Below are positions 48,650 to 60,887 of a stretch of 62,754 nt of DNA, piece after piece; positions within the stretch are counted from its first letter, which is position 1; each line of letters opens with the position of its first letter. The notes under the pieces were generated by a model. It was not told where the DNA came from, did not search any database, and saw only the letters and a list, made by a program, of their open reading frames with translations. Source of the DNA: an uncultured Muribaculaceae bacterium (GTDB taxonomy: Bacteria > Bacillota_I > Bacilli_A > RF39 > UBA660); contig CAYRXC010000001.1 of NCBI GenBank assembly GCA_964428195.1, forward strand, positions 1-62,754, given 5' to 3'. A program made the translations under genes and the position numbers.

Positions 48650-49189
48650 ATGGAAAGCAAACAATGGTATGTAGTAAACACTTATTCGGGTCATGAAAAC
48701 AAAGTAAAAGAAAAATTGGAAATGCGTATTAATTCGATGAATATGCAAGACTATATTTTTAGGGTAATTTTACCTGAACAAAAAATTGAAGAAACAAAAG
48801 ATGGAGTTACTAAAGAAAAAATCAAGAAAATGTTTCCCGGATATATATTGGTAGAAATGATTATGTCTGATGAGGCTTGGTACGTTGTAAGAAATACTCC
48901 GGGAGTAACTGGATTCATAGGTTCAAGTGGAAAAGGAGCCAAACCAATCCCTTTACTTTCTACAGAGATAGATAGAATATTATCTAACATGGGAATGAGT
49001 AGATTAGAATTGGGTAATGAAATTCAAGTTGGAGAAAAAATTAAGATTACTGATGGACCATTCAAGACCATGATTGGGAAAATACAAGAAATTGATTTTG
49101 ATTCACAAGAGTTAAAAGTTGCAATCGATTTGTTTGGACAAGAAACTATTATTGAAGCAAAATTGTATCAAGTAGAAAAGATTTTTTAA
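48650..49189 (+). CDS. nusG: transcription termination/antitermination protein NusG
   Basis: WYVVNTYSGHENKV NGN domain and a C-terminal KOW domain. Confidence 0.95.
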   Translation: MESKQWYVVNTYSGHENKVKEKLEMRINSMNMQDYIFRVILPEQKIEETKDGVTKEKIKKMFPGYILVEMIMSDEAWYVVRNTPGVTGFIGSSGKGAKPIPLLSTEIDRILSNMGMSRLELGNEIQVGEKIKITDGPFKTMIGKIQEIDFDSQELKVAIDLFGQETIIEAKLYQVEKIF

Positions 49190-49196
49190 TATTTAA

Positions 49197-49225
49197 TTGC
49201 ATTTAAATAAATAAGGTGTTAAAAT
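49197..49225 (+). promoter_or_regulatory. sigma-A promoter for rplK-rplA
   Basis: TTGCAT, 17 nt spacer, TAAAAT with an upstream TG. Confidence 0.5.
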
Positions 49226-49314
49226 ATCTTTGCTATATTTATGTATAGTGATCGAGTGGGAGCGGATTAGCAATAATACCACTCCGCGAAAAAATATATT
49301 AGGAGGTGTTTTTC

Positions 49315-49740
49315 GTGGCAAAAGTAGCAGTAAAAGTAATAAAATTACAAGTTCCTGCTGGAAGAGCAACACCAGGACCGCCAGTTGGAACTGCGTTAGG
49401 ACCTGCAGGTGTAAACTCTCAAGAGTTTTGTACTAAGTTCAATGATGCAACTAAGGACAAAATGGGAGATGTTCTGCCAGTAGTAATAAGTATTTATGAA
49501 GATCGTTCTTTTGATTTTAAAGTTAAAACACCACCTGCAGCATTTTTGATTAAAAAATTTGCTAAGGTGGAAAAAGCTGGATCAAAAGGAAAAACTGAAA
49601 AAGCAGGTTCAATAACAAGAGCACAATTAAGAGAAATTGCAGAAATAAAAGCAGTTGACTTAAATGCTTACGATATTGAAAGTGCAATGAAGATTATTTC
49701 TGGCACAGCATATAACATGGGAATAGAAATAATTGATTAA
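49315..49740 (+). CDS. rplK: 50S ribosomal protein L11
   Basis: (V)[31 protein letters not shown] start 8 nt after AGGAGG. Confidence 0.95.
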   Translation: MAKVAVKVIKLQVPAGRATPGPPVGTALGPAGVNSQEFCTKFNDATKDKMGDVLPVVISIYEDRSFDFKVKTPPAAFLIKKFAKVEKAGSKGKTEKAGSITRAQLREIAEIKAVDLNAYDIESAMKIISGTAYNMGIEIID

Positions 49741-49797
49741 CATATAGGTTTAACCTATGTGGGAGGAAAACCGTATTTACCACATAAGGAGGAAAAA

Positions 49798-50490
49798 ATG
49801 AAAGGTAAAAAATATACAAATTCAGCGGCTAAAGTAGATAAAACAAAAAGTTACAATTTAGAAGATGCTGTTAAATTGGCAAAAGAAACAAGCACTTCTA
49901 AATTCGACGAAACTATTGAAGTTGCTATTAGATTAAATATCGACGTAAAAAAGGCAGAACAACAGCTAAGAGGAGCACTAGTTTTGCCAAACGGAACTGG
50001 AAAAAGCAAAAAGGTATTGGTAGTTGCCAAAGGAGACAGAGCTAAAGAAGCAGAAAAAGCTGGCGCTGATTATGTTGGAGACGAAGAAATATTGCATAAG
50101 ATTGAGAATGAAAACTGGATTGATTTTGATGTAATAATTGCAACGCCGGATATGATGCCAGCATTAGGAAAACTTGGAAAGATTTTAGGACCAAAAGGCT
50201 TAATGCCAAATCCTAAGGTTGGAACGGTTACAGCAGATGTAAAAAAAGCAGTTGAAGATGTGAAAAAAGGAAAAGTTGAATATAAGACTGATTCTTTTGG
50301 AAATGTTCACTCAATAATAGGAAAATCATCTTTCGATGAAAAAAAATTACAAGAGAATTTAAAAGTTTTTGTTGAAACAATTATTAAGTCTAAACCATCA
50401 ACAGTTAAAGGTGATTATATAAAAAATATATCTATATCTTCAACAATGGGACCTGGAATTAAGATTGATTTAAATTCCTTTGACAAATAA
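49798..50490 (+). CDS. rplA: 50S ribosomal protein L1
   Basis: Start trimmed to MKGKKY after [22 protein letters not shown] and PKVGTVT motifs. Confidence 0.95.
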   Translation: MKGKKYTNSAAKVDKTKSYNLEDAVKLAKETSTSKFDETIEVAIRLNIDVKKAEQQLRGALVLPNGTGKSKKVLVVAKGDRAKEAEKAGADYVGDEEILHKIENENWIDFDVIIATPDMMPALGKLGKILGPKGLMPNPKVGTVTADVKKAVEDVKKGKVEYKTDSFGNVHSIIGKSSFDEKKLQENLKVFVETIIKSKPSTVKGDYIKNISISSTMGPGIKIDLNSFDK

Positions 50491-50508
50491 AATTAATTGA
50501 TATATAAT
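50480..50508 (+). promoter_or_regulatory. consensus sigma-A promoter for rplJ-rplL
   Basis: TTGACA, 17 nt spacer, TATAAT. The -35 hexamer lies in the last codons of rplA. Confidence 0.7.
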
Positions 50509-50514
50509 ACAAAA

Positions 50515-50629
50515 AGAAAAAAAGCAATACCCATAGACAGTAGGGGCTAAGTAAGCATAATATTCCTACCGAGGGTTAAAATAACTAAGTTATTTTAAAC
50601 TCTCATTATGGAAAGAGAGTTTTTTATTT
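50515..50629 (+). promoter_or_regulatory. ribosomal protein L10 leader (autoregulatory attenuator)
   Basis: Structured leader (GTAGG...CCTAC stem) ending in terminator AAACTCTC-loop-GAGAGTTT plus TTTT (50597..50629), immediately upstream of the rplJ RBS. This matches the Bacillota L10-leader position. Confidence 0.6.
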
Positions 50630-50641
50630 GGGAGGTGAGTT

Positions 50642-51142
50642 ATGGCAAATGAAAGAATTCTAGAACAAAAAAAGCAAGTTGTTTCTGAAATCAAAGATAA
50701 CATATCAAAATCAGCATCTACAATATTCTTTGACTATAGAGGTTTGACTGATGAGCAAATATTTCAAATTAGAAAAGAACTAAAAAACAACAATGCTGAA
50801 ATGAAAGTATACAAAAACACAATGACAAAAAGAGCGCTTGATGAACTAAAACTTAATCTTGAAGATTGCACATCAGGGCCAAGTGCTATAGCATTTGGAG
50901 AAGATTCTATTGTTCCAATCAAAATAGTAACTGAATTTTCAAAAAAGTATGAAGCGTTATCTATAAAGGGCGGAATAGTAGATGGTGAGGCAACTTCATT
51001 AAATGTGCTATCAAAGTTAGCAACTATACCATCTAGAGATGTACTTCTAACAATGTTAGCAAGTGGAATGATTGGAATTGTAAAGAACTTGAGCATATCA
51101 TTAAATGCATATGCAGAGAAATTAAATGAGGAGGGAAAATAA
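50642..51142 (+). CDS. rplJ: 50S ribosomal protein L10
   Basis: 166 aa. Conserved order rplJ-rplL. Contains the FDYRGLT motif. Confidence 0.95.
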   Translation: MANERILEQKKQVVSEIKDNISKSASTIFFDYRGLTDEQIFQIRKELKNNNAEMKVYKNTMTKRALDELKLNLEDCTSGPSAIAFGEDSIVPIKIVTEFSKKYEALSIKGGIVDGEATSLNVLSKLATIPSRDVLLTMLASGMIGIVKNLSISLNAYAEKLNEEGK

Positions 51143-51143
51143 T

Positions 51144-51512
51144 ATGGCAAAGTTAACTAAAGAAAGTTTTATCGAATCTTTAAACGAAATGAAATTATTA
51201 GAAATAATGGAATTGGTAGATGCAATGAAAGAAGCATATGGTATCGATCCAACAGCAGTAGCTGCAGCAGCTGCACCAGTAGCAGCAGCTCAAGAAGAAG
51301 AAAAAACTTCATTCAATGTTGTACTTACTTCTGCAGGAGCAAATAAGATAGCAGTAATTAAAGTAGTAAGAGAAGCAACTGGATTAGGATTAGTTGAAGC
51401 TAAGAATTTAACTGAAGCTGGCGGAAACATCAAAGAAAATGCTAAAAAAGAAGAAGCTGAAGAATTAAAAGCAAAACTAGAAGAAGCTGGCGCGACAGTT
51501 GAATTAAAATAA
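51144..51512 (+). CDS. rplL: 50S ribosomal protein L7/L12
   Basis: Start trimmed to [10 protein letters not shown]. Ala-rich hinge. C-terminal [15 protein letters not shown]. Confidence 0.95.
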   Translation: MAKLTKESFIESLNEMKLLEIMELVDAMKEAYGIDPTAVAAAAAPVAAAQEEEKTSFNVVLTSAGANKIAVIKVVREATGLGLVEAKNLTEAGGNIKENAKKEEAEELKAKLEEAGATVELK

Positions 51513-51515
51513 TAC

Positions 51516-51539
51516 AAAACCTATTAATTAGGTTTTTTT
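51516..51539 (+). terminator. Rho-independent terminator after rplL
   Basis: AAAACCTA-TTAAT-TAGGTTTT followed by TTT. Confidence 0.75.
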
Positions 51540-51558
51540 GTATTTATTGGAGATAATT

Positions 51559-52137
51559 ATGGATCACTATTTTACAAATAATAATTTAGAATCCGAACTA
51601 TTTTTAATAAGATCGATGATTAATGGGCACGAATATGAATTTTATTCAGATAATGGTGTCTTTTCGAAAAAAAATATAGATTATGGAACAAAATTATTGT
51701 TGGAAAACATAAAAGATGTATTTGGAAATGTATTAGATTTGGGGTGTGGTTATGGGGTCATTGGAATATATATTAATATGAACTATAACACAACAGTAGA
51801 TATGGTTGACATTAATCTACGGGCAATTAAACTTTCTAAGATGAATATAAAAAAATATAAATTAACAAATATTAATGCTTACGAAAGCGATGCTTATAAA
51901 AATATAATTAACAAATACGATTTTATTATTACTAATCCACCAATTAGAGCAGGAAAAAATAAAATACTCGAAATTCTAATTGGAGCCAAAGAGTATATGA
52001 AAGAAAGTTCAAAATTGTACTTTGTGATGAGAAAAGATCAAGGCGTTGGAAGTATAATAAATATATTAAAAGATCATTATAAAATTACAATATTAAAAAA
52101 ATCAAAAGGATTTTGGGTAGTTTGTGCAGAAAATTAA
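51559..52137 (+). CDS. class I SAM-dependent methyltransferase (RsmC/YbxB-like)
   Basis: DLGCGYGVIG SAM motif and NPPIRAG. Same slot as ybxB between rplL and rpoB in Bacillus. Confidence 0.8.
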   Translation: MDHYFTNNNLESELFLIRSMINGHEYEFYSDNGVFSKKNIDYGTKLLLENIKDVFGNVLDLGCGYGVIGIYINMNYNTTVDMVDINLRAIKLSKMNIKKYKLTNINAYESDAYKNIINKYDFIITNPPIRAGKNKILEILIGAKEYMKESSKLYFVMRKDQGVGSIINILKDHYKITILKKSKGFWVVCAEN

Positions 52138-52253
52138 TAAACTTTTGTTTTTTTCGTTGACTTGTTTGATTTTTTTTGTTATTATCTTAAATTGGTGACG
52201 TGTACCTTTTTGCACGCGTTCTTTGAAATAAATAAATTTTATGGGGTGAAAAA

Positions 52254-55200
52254 ATGGCTTATAAATTCGAAAAATTCGGTTCATATCGTGAAAGAGCAAC
52301 CTTTTCAAAATGGGGAAATCTTCTCGAATTATCAAATCTACTTGAAATACAAAAAAAATCATATGATTGGTTCGTTACAGAAGGAGTAAAGGAAGTTCTA
52401 AGCGATTTGTTTCCGATAGATAGTTTTTCGGGAGTTTTATCTTTAGATTTTGGTGATTATGCTTTTGAAAACCCAAAATATTCGATAAAAGATTGCAAAG
52501 ATAGGAATCTTACATATGCTTCTCCTTTGATGGTTCAATCTAGGTTGTTTAATAAAGAAACTGGCGAAATAAAGGAGCAAGAGTTGTTTTTGGGAAATAT
52601 CCCATTGATGACTGAAAGCGGAACATTTATTGTCAATGGTGCAGAGAGAGTAATAGTATCTCAATTAGTTCGTTCTCCAAGTGTCTATTATACTAAACAA
52701 ATAGACAAAAATGGGAGAGCTGTTTTTGCATGCCAAGTAATTCCAACAAGAGGAACATGGTTAGAATATGAGATGGACTCTAGAGATGTCTTTTATGTAA
52801 GAATAGATAGAACTAGAAAAGTTCCAATTACTACTCTACTAAGAACCTTTGGTTTATCTACTGATGAAGAAATTAAAGAAGTATTTGGAGAAGATCCATA
52901 TTTATTAAACACTTTGGAAAAAGATTCTACTAAAAACATGGATGAAGCTTTAATAGAAATATATGAAAAACTAAGACCAGGAGAACCCGCAACTTTGGAT
53001 AGTGCTAAAAATCATTTGATTACAAAGTTTTTTGATGAGTTTAAATATGATCTAGCAAAAGTAGGAAGATATAAATTCAACAAAAAATTAGATGTATGTG
53101 AAAGACTATTGGGATGCAAGATAGCAGAAAAAATTAAAGTAGACGGAAAAGTAATATTAGATGTAGGAACAATTATTACAAAAGATATTTTAGATGAGAT
53201 TAAACCTATATTTAAAGCTGGATATAATGTAAAAGAAGTAAAAATTAATGAAACTTTAGATTCATTTGGCAAAATACAAACATTAAAAGTTTATTCTAAA
53301 CTTAATCCTGAAAAAGTAGTAGAAATAATAGGAAATGATCAAGATTTAACTATAAAAAGGCTAACTATCTCTGATGTTTATGCTACTGTTTCATATTATT
53401 TAAATTTATTACAAGGTATAGGAAACATTGATGAAATAGATCATTTAGCAAATAGAAGAGTAAGACAAGTTGGAGAATTATTACAAAATCAATTTAGAAT
53501 TGGACTTGCTAGAACTGAAAGAATAATTAGAGATAAAATGAGTACTGTTGATTTAGCTACAGTAACACCAAAAAATTTAGTTAACATTAGACCTTTAACT
53601 GCAGTAATAAAGGAATTGTTTGGTTCTTCTCAATTATCGCAATTCATGGATCAACAAAATCCTATTGCCGAATTAACTAATAAAAGACGTTTGTCTGCAT
53701 TGGGACCTGGTGGTTTATCTAGAGATAGAGCAGGAATGGAAGTTCGTGACGTAAATGAATCACATTATGGAAGAATTTGTCCAATTGAATCGCCAGAAGG
53801 TCAAAATATTGGATTGATTACTTCGCTAGCTAGTTATGCAAAAGTCAATGATTATGGCTTTATTATGACTCCATATGCAAAAGTCAAAGATTCAACTGTA
53901 ATAAAAGAACAAATTGATTATTTAACGGCAGACGAAGAAAATGATTATATGATTTCTCAAGCGGGTGTAAAACTTGGCAAAAATGGAGAAATACTTGAAG
54001 AAGAAGTTGTTGTTAGATATAAAGGCGACACAATAATGGCAAAAAGAGAAGAAGTTGATTATATCGATGTTTCTCCTCAACAAATAGTTTCAATTACAGC
54101 AAGTTGTATACCATTTTTGGATAACGATGATGCTACTAGAACATTGATGGGTGCAAACATGCAACGTCAAGCTTTGCCTTTGTTAAAAACTGAAGCGCCA
54201 CTTGTTGCAACAGGGGTTGAACACATAGCTGCTAAGGATAGTGGAGCAGTAGTTATTGCTAAAGCAGATGGAATAGTAGATTATGTAGATGCTACAAAAA
54301 TAGTTGTAAAAAATAAAGAAGGAAAAGATGTATATTATTTAAAGAATTACGAAAGATCAAATGTAGCAACTTGTTATCATCAAGTGCCTATTGTTAGAAT
54401 TGGTGACAAAGTAGAGTCAGGAATGGTAATTGCCGATGGGCCAAGCACTAACAAGGGAGAATTGGCGTTGGGAAAAAATGTTGTAATAGCGTTTATGACT
54501 TTCGATGGATATAATTATGAAGATGCGGTTGTTATTAATGAGAAATTAGTTAAAGATGACGCATATACATCATTAAAGATAGAAAATTACGAAATTCAAT
54601 GCAGAGATACAAAATTAGGACCAGAAGAAATTACAAGAGATATTCCTAATGTATCCGAGGAAAATAGAAAAAATCTAGACTCAAACGGAATAGTTAGAAT
54701 AGGAACCGAAGTATTTGAAGGAGACATTCTTGTTGGAAAAGTAACGCCAAAAGGAATGGTAGAATTAACTTCGGAAGAGAAACTATTACATGCTATATTT
54801 GGAGAGAAAACCAGAGAAGTAAGAGATACTTCTTTGAGAGTAGAGCATGGAGAAGGTGGAATAGTACACGATATCAAAATAACAACTAAAAAAGAATCAG
54901 ACGAATTACCTAGTGGAGTAAATATGGTTGTTCGTGTATCTATAATACAAAAGAGAAAGATATCGGTTGGAGATAAAATGGCCGGAAGACACGGAAACAA
55001 AGGTGTTGTTTCGTTAGTTTTACCTCAAGAAGATATGCCATATATGGAAGACGGAAGACCTGTTGATATTTTACTTAATTCACAAGGTGTTCCATCTCGT
55101 ATGAATATAGGACAAATACTAGAATTACATTTAGGTATGGCTGCTAAGACATTAGGAATTCATACCGCAACTCCTGTTTTTGATGGAGCTACACTAGATG

Positions 55201-55835
55201 ACATAAAAGATATAATGAAAGAAGCAAAAATAGATGAAGACGGAAAGACAGTCTTATATGATGGTAGAACCGGAGAAAAATTTGATAACAGAATAAGCGT
55301 TGGTGTAATGTATATGATTAAACTTCATCATATGGTTGATGATAAGATTCATGCAAGAAGTACGGGACCTTATTCATTAGTAACTCAACAACCTTTAGGA
55401 GGAAAAGCTCAATTCGGTGGTCAAAGATTTGGAGAAATGGAAGTTTGGGCTCTATATGCTTATGGGGCGGCAAATATTTTACAAGAAATATTAACTATTA
55501 AATCTGATGACGTTGTTGGAAGAGTAAAAACATACGAATCGTTAGTAAAGGGAAACGCTATTCAACCACCGGGATTGCCGGAGTCATTTAGAGTATTGAT
55601 TAAAGAATTTCAAGCACTAGGATTAAATATATCTTTAATTAATGAAAAAGAAGAAGAAGTTGATTTAAAACAATTAGAAGATGAAGAAACGAGAGAGAAT
55701 GTCTTACTTTCAATCGAAGAAATTAGAGATGATATAAAAGAAGAACCATTAGTACAAGAAGAGACAAAAGAAGAAATAGTTGAAGAAGATTTAGATATGG
55801 ATTTTAGTGATATTGAAGAAGGGGGAGATGAGTAA
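52254..55835 (+). CDS. rpoB: DNA-directed RNA polymerase beta subunit
   Basis: 1193 aa with conserved beta regions ([20 protein letters not shown]). Confidence 0.98.
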   Translation: MAYKFEKFGSYRERATFSKWGNLLELSNLLEIQKKSYDWFVTEGVKEVLSDLFPIDSFSGVLSLDFGDYAFENPKYSIKDCKDRNLTYASPLMVQSRLFNKETGEIKEQELFLGNIPLMTESGTFIVNGAERVIVSQLVRSPSVYYTKQIDKNGRAVFACQVIPTRGTWLEYEMDSRDVFYVRIDRTRKVPITTLLRTFGLSTDEEIKEVFGEDPYLLNTLEKDSTKNMDEALIEIYEKLRPGEPATLDSAKNHLITKFFDEFKYDLAKVGRYKFNKKLDVCERLLGCKIAEKIKVDGKVILDVGTIITKDILDEIKPIFKAGYNVKEVKINETLDSFGKIQTLKVYSKLNPEKVVEIIGNDQDLTIKRLTISDVYATVSYYLNLLQGIGNIDEIDHLANRRVRQVGELLQNQFRIGLARTERIIRDKMSTVDLATVTPKNLVNIRPLTAVIKELFGSSQLSQFMDQQNPIAELTNKRRLSALGPGGLSRDRAGMEVRDVNESHYGRICPIESPEGQNIGLITSLASYAKVNDYGFIMTPYAKVKDSTVIKEQIDYLTADEENDYMISQAGVKLGKNGEILEEEVVVRYKGDTIMAKREEVDYIDVSPQQIVSITASCIPFLDNDDATRTLMGANMQRQALPLLKTEAPLVATGVEHIAAKDSGAVVIAKADGIVDYVDATKIVVKNKEGKDVYYLKNYERSNVATCYHQVPIVRIGDKVESGMVIADGPSTNKGELALGKNVVIAFMTFDGYNYEDAVVINEKLVKDDAYTSLKIENYEIQCRDTKLGPEEITRDIPNVSEENRKNLDSNGIVRIGTEVFEGDILVGKVTPKGMVELTSEEKLLHAIFGEKTREVRDTSLRVEHGEGGIVHDIKITTKKESDELPSGVNMVVRVSIIQKRKISVGDKMAGRHGNKGVVSLVLPQEDMPYMEDGRPVDILLNSQGVPSRMNIGQILELHLGMAAKTLGIHTATPVFDGATLDDIKDIMKEAKIDEDGKTVLYDGRTGEKFDNRISVGVMYMIKLHHMVDDKIHARSTGPYSLVTQQPLGGKAQFGGQRFGEMEVWALYAYGAANILQEILTIKSDDVVGRVKTYESLVKGNAIQPPGLPESFRVLIKEFQALGLNISLINEKEEEVDLKQLEDEETRENVLLSIEEIRDDIKEEPLVQEETKEEIVEEDLDMDFSDIEEGGDE

Positions 55836-55836
55836 T

Positions 55837-58800
55837 ATGATGGGAACCGACAAGTTTGCAGGTTTAAAAATCTCAATAGCGTCTCCAGAGGATATCAAAA
55901 CTTGGTCACACGGAGAAGTAAAGAAGGCAGAAACAATTAACTATAGAACATTAAAACCTGAAAGAGATGGATTATTTTGTGAAAAAATATTCGGACCAAC
56001 AAAAGATTATGAGTGCTCTTGTGGTAAATACAAAAGATTAAGATATAAGAACATTATATGTGACAAGTGTGGTGTAGAAGTTACTAAAGCTAAAGTAAGA
56101 AGAGAAAGAATGGGACACATTGAGTTAGCTGCACCAGTTTCACACATATGGTTTTTCAAAGGAACTCCTTCTAGAATGGGACTTGTTTTAGATATGTCTC
56201 CGAGGGATTTGGAAGAAGTATTGTACTTTGTATCTTATGTTGTTATAGACGCAGGAATTGCTCCTTTAGAAAAGAAACAAACCTTGTCTGATAAGGAATA
56301 TCATACATTCTATGAAAAATACGGAGATGGTTTTGAAGTTGGAATGGGAGCAGAAGCAATTAAAAAGTTGCTTGAAGAAGTAAATTTAGAAGAAGAAATT
56401 AAAAAAATTAATGAAGAACTAGAAAATGCTTCAGGTCAAAGAAAAATTAGACTATCAAAGAGATTGGAAATATTAGATGCATTATTTAAATCAGGCAATA
56501 AACCTGAATGGATGGTATTATCTGTACTTCCTGTCATACCTCCTGAGCTTCGTCCAATGATTCAAATTGACGGCGGAAGATTTGCAACAAGTGATTTAAA
56601 TGATTTATATAGAAGAGTAATAAATAGAAATAATCGTTTGAAAAGATTATTAGAATTAAATGCTCCGTCTATTATTGTTAGAAATGAAAAACGTATGCTT
56701 CAAGAAGCTGTCGATGCTCTATTTGATAATGGAAGAAGAGGAAGAAATATTACTGGAGCTTCAAATAGACCATTAAAATCATTAAGTAGTGCTTTAAAAG
56801 GAAAACAAGGAAGATTTAGACAAAATTTATTAGGAAAGAGAGTTGACTATTCTGGTCGTTCTGTTATCGTTGTTGGACCTGATTTAAAGATGTACCAATG
56901 CGGATTACCTAAAGAAATGGCTTTAGAATTGTTTAGACCTCATGTTATTAAGTTATTAGTGGATCGAGAAATTGCTCATAATATAAAAAGTGCAAAAAAA
57001 CTTATAGAAGCCAAAGATGAAAGAGTATGGGATATTGTTGAAGAGATAATTAAAGAACATCCTGTATTATTAAATCGTGCACCAACTCTTCATAGACTTG
57101 GTATTCAAGCATTTGAACCTAAGTTAGTAGATGGAAGAGCAATAAGATTGCATCCCCTTGTTACTACTGGCTTTAATGCGGATTTTGATGGAGACCAAAT
57201 GGCTGTGCATATTCCATTAGGAATAGAAGCTCAAGCTGAAGCAAGATTATTGATGTTAGGTTCTAATAATATTTTATCTCCAAAGAATGGAAAACCAATT
57301 GTAACTCCAACACAAGATATGGTACTGGGCAATTATTATATTACAATGGAAAAGTCTGGTGTTAAAGGAGAAGGAAGAGTATTTAAAAATAGCAATGAAG
57401 CTTTAATGGCTTATGAAAGAGAGGAATTAACTCTTCATACAAGAATAGCATTGCCTGTAAGCTCATTTAAATACAAATTGTTTTCTGAAGAACAAAGAGA
57501 AAAGTATTTAATAACTACTGTTGGAAAGTTGAAGTTTAATGAAATTTTGCCTGATACATTCCAATATATCAATGAATCAACAAAAGAAAATATTGAAAGA
57601 TTAACTCCTACAAAATTCTTCTTGGAAAAAGGAACAAACATTAAAGAAGCAATAAAAGAAATGCCTTTAATACCTCCTTTTGCTAAGGGTGATTTAGGAA
57701 ATGTAATTGCACAAGTGTTTAAAAGATATAAAACAACAGAAACATCTATATTTCTTGATAAATTAAAAGATTTAGGTTTCAAATATTCAACAAAAGCTGG
57801 TATAACAATAGCTGCAAGTGATGTAATGTTGAGTAAGAGCAAACCGAAAATTATTGAAGAAAGCAAAAACACTGTTGATAAAATTAATAAACAATTTCAA
57901 AGAGGACTTATAACTGAAGAAGAAAGACTAAAAAAAGTTATTGACGTTTGGACGGATTCAAAAGATAAAATTCAAAAGGAATTGGAAGTATATTCAAAAC
58001 AAAACGTAGACAATCCTTTGTTCATAATGATGAGCTCTGGTGCAAGAGGAAAAATAAGCAATTTTACTCAATTGGCAGGTATGCGTGGTTTAATGGCTAA
58101 ACCAAACGGAGAATCTGTAGAAATACCAGTTATATCATCTTTCATAGAAGGGTTAAATGTGTCAGAGTTCTTTAATTCTACCCATGGTGCTAGAAAAGGA
58201 AGTGCAGATACAGCATTAAAGACTGCCGAATCTGGATATTTGACAAGAAGATTAGTCGATGTTGTTCAAGATGTAATCGTAAGAGAAGAAGATTGTGGAA
58301 CAATATCTGGAGTTGTTGTAAAGACAATTTATGATGAAAAAGAAGGCTCTGTTATTGAAGGTTTAAAAGATAGAATAGTAGGAAGAACCGCAAACAAAAA
58401 TATTATTCATCCGGAAACAAAAGAAATAATTTTGCCGAGAAACGAACTTATTACTGAGAATATTGCTGATAAGATTATAAAAGCAAATATTGATGCTGTC
58501 GAAATAAGAACATTATTAACATGCAAAACTCAAAAAGGTGTTTGTGTGAAATGTTATGGAAGAAATCTTGCAACATTTAATATGGTAGAGGTTGGAGAAG
58601 CAGTTGGTATTATGGCTGCACAATCTATAGGAGAACCAGGAACTCAATTAACAATGAGAACATTCCATACCGGAGGAGTAGCAGGAGGAGACGATATAAC
58701 TCAAGGATTACCTCGTGTTCAAGAAGTATTTGAAGCGAGAAATCCTAAAGGTAAAGCAACTATATGTGAAATTCCAGGAAAAGTTACATCAATTGAAAAT

Positions 58801-59469
58801 GTCAATGGTAAATACAAAGTTGTAGTAACAAGTGAAGCAGAATCTAAGGAACATGTATCTTTATATGGTGCAAAACTTGTTGTAGAAGTGGGATCAATTG
58901 TAAAAGCCGGAGATAAGTTAACAGAAGGAAACATAAATCCAAAAGAATTGTTAGCGGTTACTGATCCAATTACAGTACAAGAGTATATATTAAAAGAAAT
59001 ACAAAAAGTATATCGTACTCAAGGAGAAGATATTGCTGATAAACACGTTGAAATTATGGCAAGAAGAATGATTTCTAAAATAAAAATAGTTGATTCTGGA
59101 GATTCAGAATTAATAATGGGCAAATTAGTATCTTTAAATGAGTTTACTCAAATTAATAAAGATCTAATTTTGGAAGGAAAAGTTCCAGCTGTTGGAAGAC
59201 CTATTTTATTGGGAATTACAAAAGCATCATTAGAAACCGATTCATTCTTATCTGCTGCATCTTTCCAAGAGACGACAAGAATCCTTACAGATGCTGCAAT
59301 TAAAGGTAAGATTGATAAATTAGAAGGATTAAAAGAAAATGTAATAATTGGTAAATTAATTCCTGCTGGTACAGGTTCTAAAAAATATAGAAACGTTGAA
59401 ATAGATTTAGAATCAAGTTTTAGAGATGAAGAGCCATTCGATGTGCTAGAAGAAAAATTATCTGAATAA
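55837..59469 (+). CDS. rpoC: DNA-directed RNA polymerase beta prime subunit
   Basis: Zinc finger CSCGKYK...CDKCG and catalytic NADFDGD. Start set to the ATG 1 nt after the rpoB stop. Confidence 0.98.
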   Translation: MMGTDKFAGLKISIASPEDIKTWSHGEVKKAETINYRTLKPERDGLFCEKIFGPTKDYECSCGKYKRLRYKNIICDKCGVEVTKAKVRRERMGHIELAAPVSHIWFFKGTPSRMGLVLDMSPRDLEEVLYFVSYVVIDAGIAPLEKKQTLSDKEYHTFYEKYGDGFEVGMGAEAIKKLLEEVNLEEEIKKINEELENASGQRKIRLSKRLEILDALFKSGNKPEWMVLSVLPVIPPELRPMIQIDGGRFATSDLNDLYRRVINRNNRLKRLLELNAPSIIVRNEKRMLQEAVDALFDNGRRGRNITGASNRPLKSLSSALKGKQGRFRQNLLGKRVDYSGRSVIVVGPDLKMYQCGLPKEMALELFRPHVIKLLVDREIAHNIKSAKKLIEAKDERVWDIVEEIIKEHPVLLNRAPTLHRLGIQAFEPKLVDGRAIRLHPLVTTGFNADFDGDQMAVHIPLGIEAQAEARLLMLGSNNILSPKNGKPIVTPTQDMVLGNYYITMEKSGVKGEGRVFKNSNEALMAYEREELTLHTRIALPVSSFKYKLFSEEQREKYLITTVGKLKFNEILPDTFQYINESTKENIERLTPTKFFLEKGTNIKEAIKEMPLIPPFAKGDLGNVIAQVFKRYKTTETSIFLDKLKDLGFKYSTKAGITIAASDVMLSKSKPKIIEESKNTVDKINKQFQRGLITEEERLKKVIDVWTDSKDKIQKELEVYSKQNVDNPLFIMMSSGARGKISNFTQLAGMRGLMAKPNGESVEIPVISSFIEGLNVSEFFNSTHGARKGSADTALKTAESGYLTRRLVDVVQDVIVREEDCGTISGVVVKTIYDEKEGSVIEGLKDRIVGRTANKNIIHPETKEIILPRNELITENIADKIIKANIDAVEIRTLLTCKTQKGVCVKCYGRNLATFNMVEVGEAVGIMAAQSIGEPGTQLTMRTFHTGGVAGGDDITQGLPRVQEVFEARNPKGKATICEIPGKVTSIENVNGKYKVVVTSEAESKEHVSLYGAKLVVEVGSIVKAGDKLTEGNINPKELLAVTDPITVQEYILKEIQKVYRTQGEDIADKHVEIMARRMISKIKIVDSGDSELIMGKLVSLNEFTQINKDLILEGKVPAVGRPILLGITKASLETDSFLSAASFQETTRILTDAAIKGKIDKLEGLKENVIIGKLIPAGTGSKKYRNVEIDLESSFRDEEPFDVLEEKLSE

Positions 59470-59490
59470 ACCACGAAAGTGGTTTTTTTT
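59468..59490 (+). terminator. Rho-independent terminator after rpoC
   Basis: AAACCAC-GAAA-GTGGTTT followed by TTTTT. Confidence 0.8.
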
Positions 59491-59544
59491 AGTCTTGAAA
59501 TAGATTACTTTGAGTGTTATATTTATATAAGAATAGAGGGAAAA

Positions 59545-60870
59545 ATGACTGAAGTATTATATTATTTATTAAATAAATTAAATTTAAGGGACCAGGATTT
59601 TGTAATTGTTGGTGTTTCTGGAGGCCCGGATTCAATGGCTTTATTGGATTTATTAATCAAAGTAAGAGAAGAAATAAAAATAAATATCGTATGTGCGCAT
59701 ATTAATCACAATAAAAGAAAAGAAAGCAAGGAAGAAGAAGCATACGTAAGAAATTTCTGCAACTCAAATAGTATTGTATTTGAATTATTAAATATAGACA
59801 TCTATGGAGATGACAATTTTCATAACGAAGCTAGATTAAAAAGATATAATTTTTTTATAGAATTAGCTAATAGATATAACGCAAAGCACATCTTAACTGC
59901 ACACCACGCCGACGACCTTATTGAAACAATATTAATGAGAATCGTCAGGGGTTCTTCTATTAAAGGTTATTCTGGATTTCAAAAAAAATCTGATTACGAA
60001 GGATATTCAATAGTAAGACCCTTATATTCAATTACAAAAGATGAAATATTAGATTACAACAAAAAAAATAAAATAAAGTATTTCATAGATTTATCAAACG
60101 ACAAAGATACATATACTAGAAATAGATACAGAAAAAATGTATTACCGTTCTTGAAAACCGAGGATATAAATGTCCATGAAAAATTTGAGAAATTTGCTCA
60201 AACTTTATTGGAATATAATTCATATGTAGAAAAACAAGCTTTAAAGGAAATGAAATCGGTATATATTCAAAAAAATATAAACATATTAAAATTTCTAGAA
60301 TTAGAAGAGATTATTCAAAAAAAGATTATAAATATAATATTAGAAAAAATATATAATGATGATCTAATATTGATAAGCGATGTACATGTTGAAATAATAG
60401 ATAAACTGATAAAAAGTGATAAACCGAATGGTTATCTTCATTTACCTAATGACGTTATCGTAACAAAAAGTTACAATAATTTAATGTTTAATAAAGATAC
60501 TATTGGTTTATGTGACTACGAAATAGAATTATCTAGATACGTGAATTTGCCAAATGGAAAGAATTTAGAAATAATTGATAAATCAAATGTTAAATCTAAT
60601 TACGTATGCAGATTAAATAGCCAAGAGATTAAATTGCCACTTTATGTAAGAAACAGAAGGAATGGTGATAAGATCAAAATTAAAGGTATGCTAGGAAGCA
60701 AAAAGATCAAAGACATATTTATAGATGAAAAAATAGATATAGAGGATAGATTAAATTGGCCGATATTATTAGATTCATCTGACACAATTTTATGGATACC
60801 TGGGTTAAAAAAGTCTATTTTTGATAAAGAAAAAAACGAAATATATGATATAATTATCAAGTACTATTAA
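59545..60870 (+). CDS. tilS: tRNA(Ile)-lysidine synthase
   Basis: PP-loop VGVSGGPDSMAL. Start trimmed to MTEVLYY, since the track start would read through the rpoC terminator. Confidence 0.9.
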   Translation: MTEVLYYLLNKLNLRDQDFVIVGVSGGPDSMALLDLLIKVREEIKINIVCAHINHNKRKESKEEEAYVRNFCNSNSIVFELLNIDIYGDDNFHNEARLKRYNFFIELANRYNAKHILTAHHADDLIETILMRIVRGSSIKGYSGFQKKSDYEGYSIVRPLYSITKDEILDYNKKNKIKYFIDLSNDKDTYTRNRYRKNVLPFLKTEDINVHEKFEKFAQTLLEYNSYVEKQALKEMKSVYIQKNINILKFLELEEIIQKKIINIILEKIYNDDLILISDVHVEIIDKLIKSDKPNGYLHLPNDVIVTKSYNNLMFNKDTIGLCDYEIELSRYVNLPNGKNLEIIDKSNVKSNYVCRLNSQEIKLPLYVRNRRNGDKIKIKGMLGSKKIKDIFIDEKIDIEDRLNWPILLDSSDTILWIPGLKKSIFDKEKNEIYDIIIKYY

Positions 60871-60887
60871 GTACAAGAGGAGGAATA

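Noticed and set aside
49226-49300. The structured rplK leader (GAGTGG...CCACTC stem) and the rplK-rplA spacer (TGTGG...CCACA) could be L1-binding autoregulatory sites.
   Set aside because: This is plausible by analogy, but I cannot match them to a consensus from memory. I left them unannotated rather than assert them.
52102-52389. Two ORFs (86 aa on the minus strand, 75 aa on the plus strand) lie in or across the rpoB leader and 5' end. A similar ORF lies at 49230..49436 across the rplK start.
   Set aside because: They overlap the leaders and starts of highly conserved genes. They have no RBS and no recognisable protein features.
59479-59544. Several track ORFs have longer 5' extensions. Examples are tilS from 59479, tadA from 33081, secE from 48410, rplA from 49759 and mnmE from 25731.
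   Set aside because: The extensions run through terminators, the SRP RNA or upstream gene ends, and they lack an RBS. Internal ATG or GTG codons with good Shine-Dalgarno spacing reproduce the canonical N-termini.
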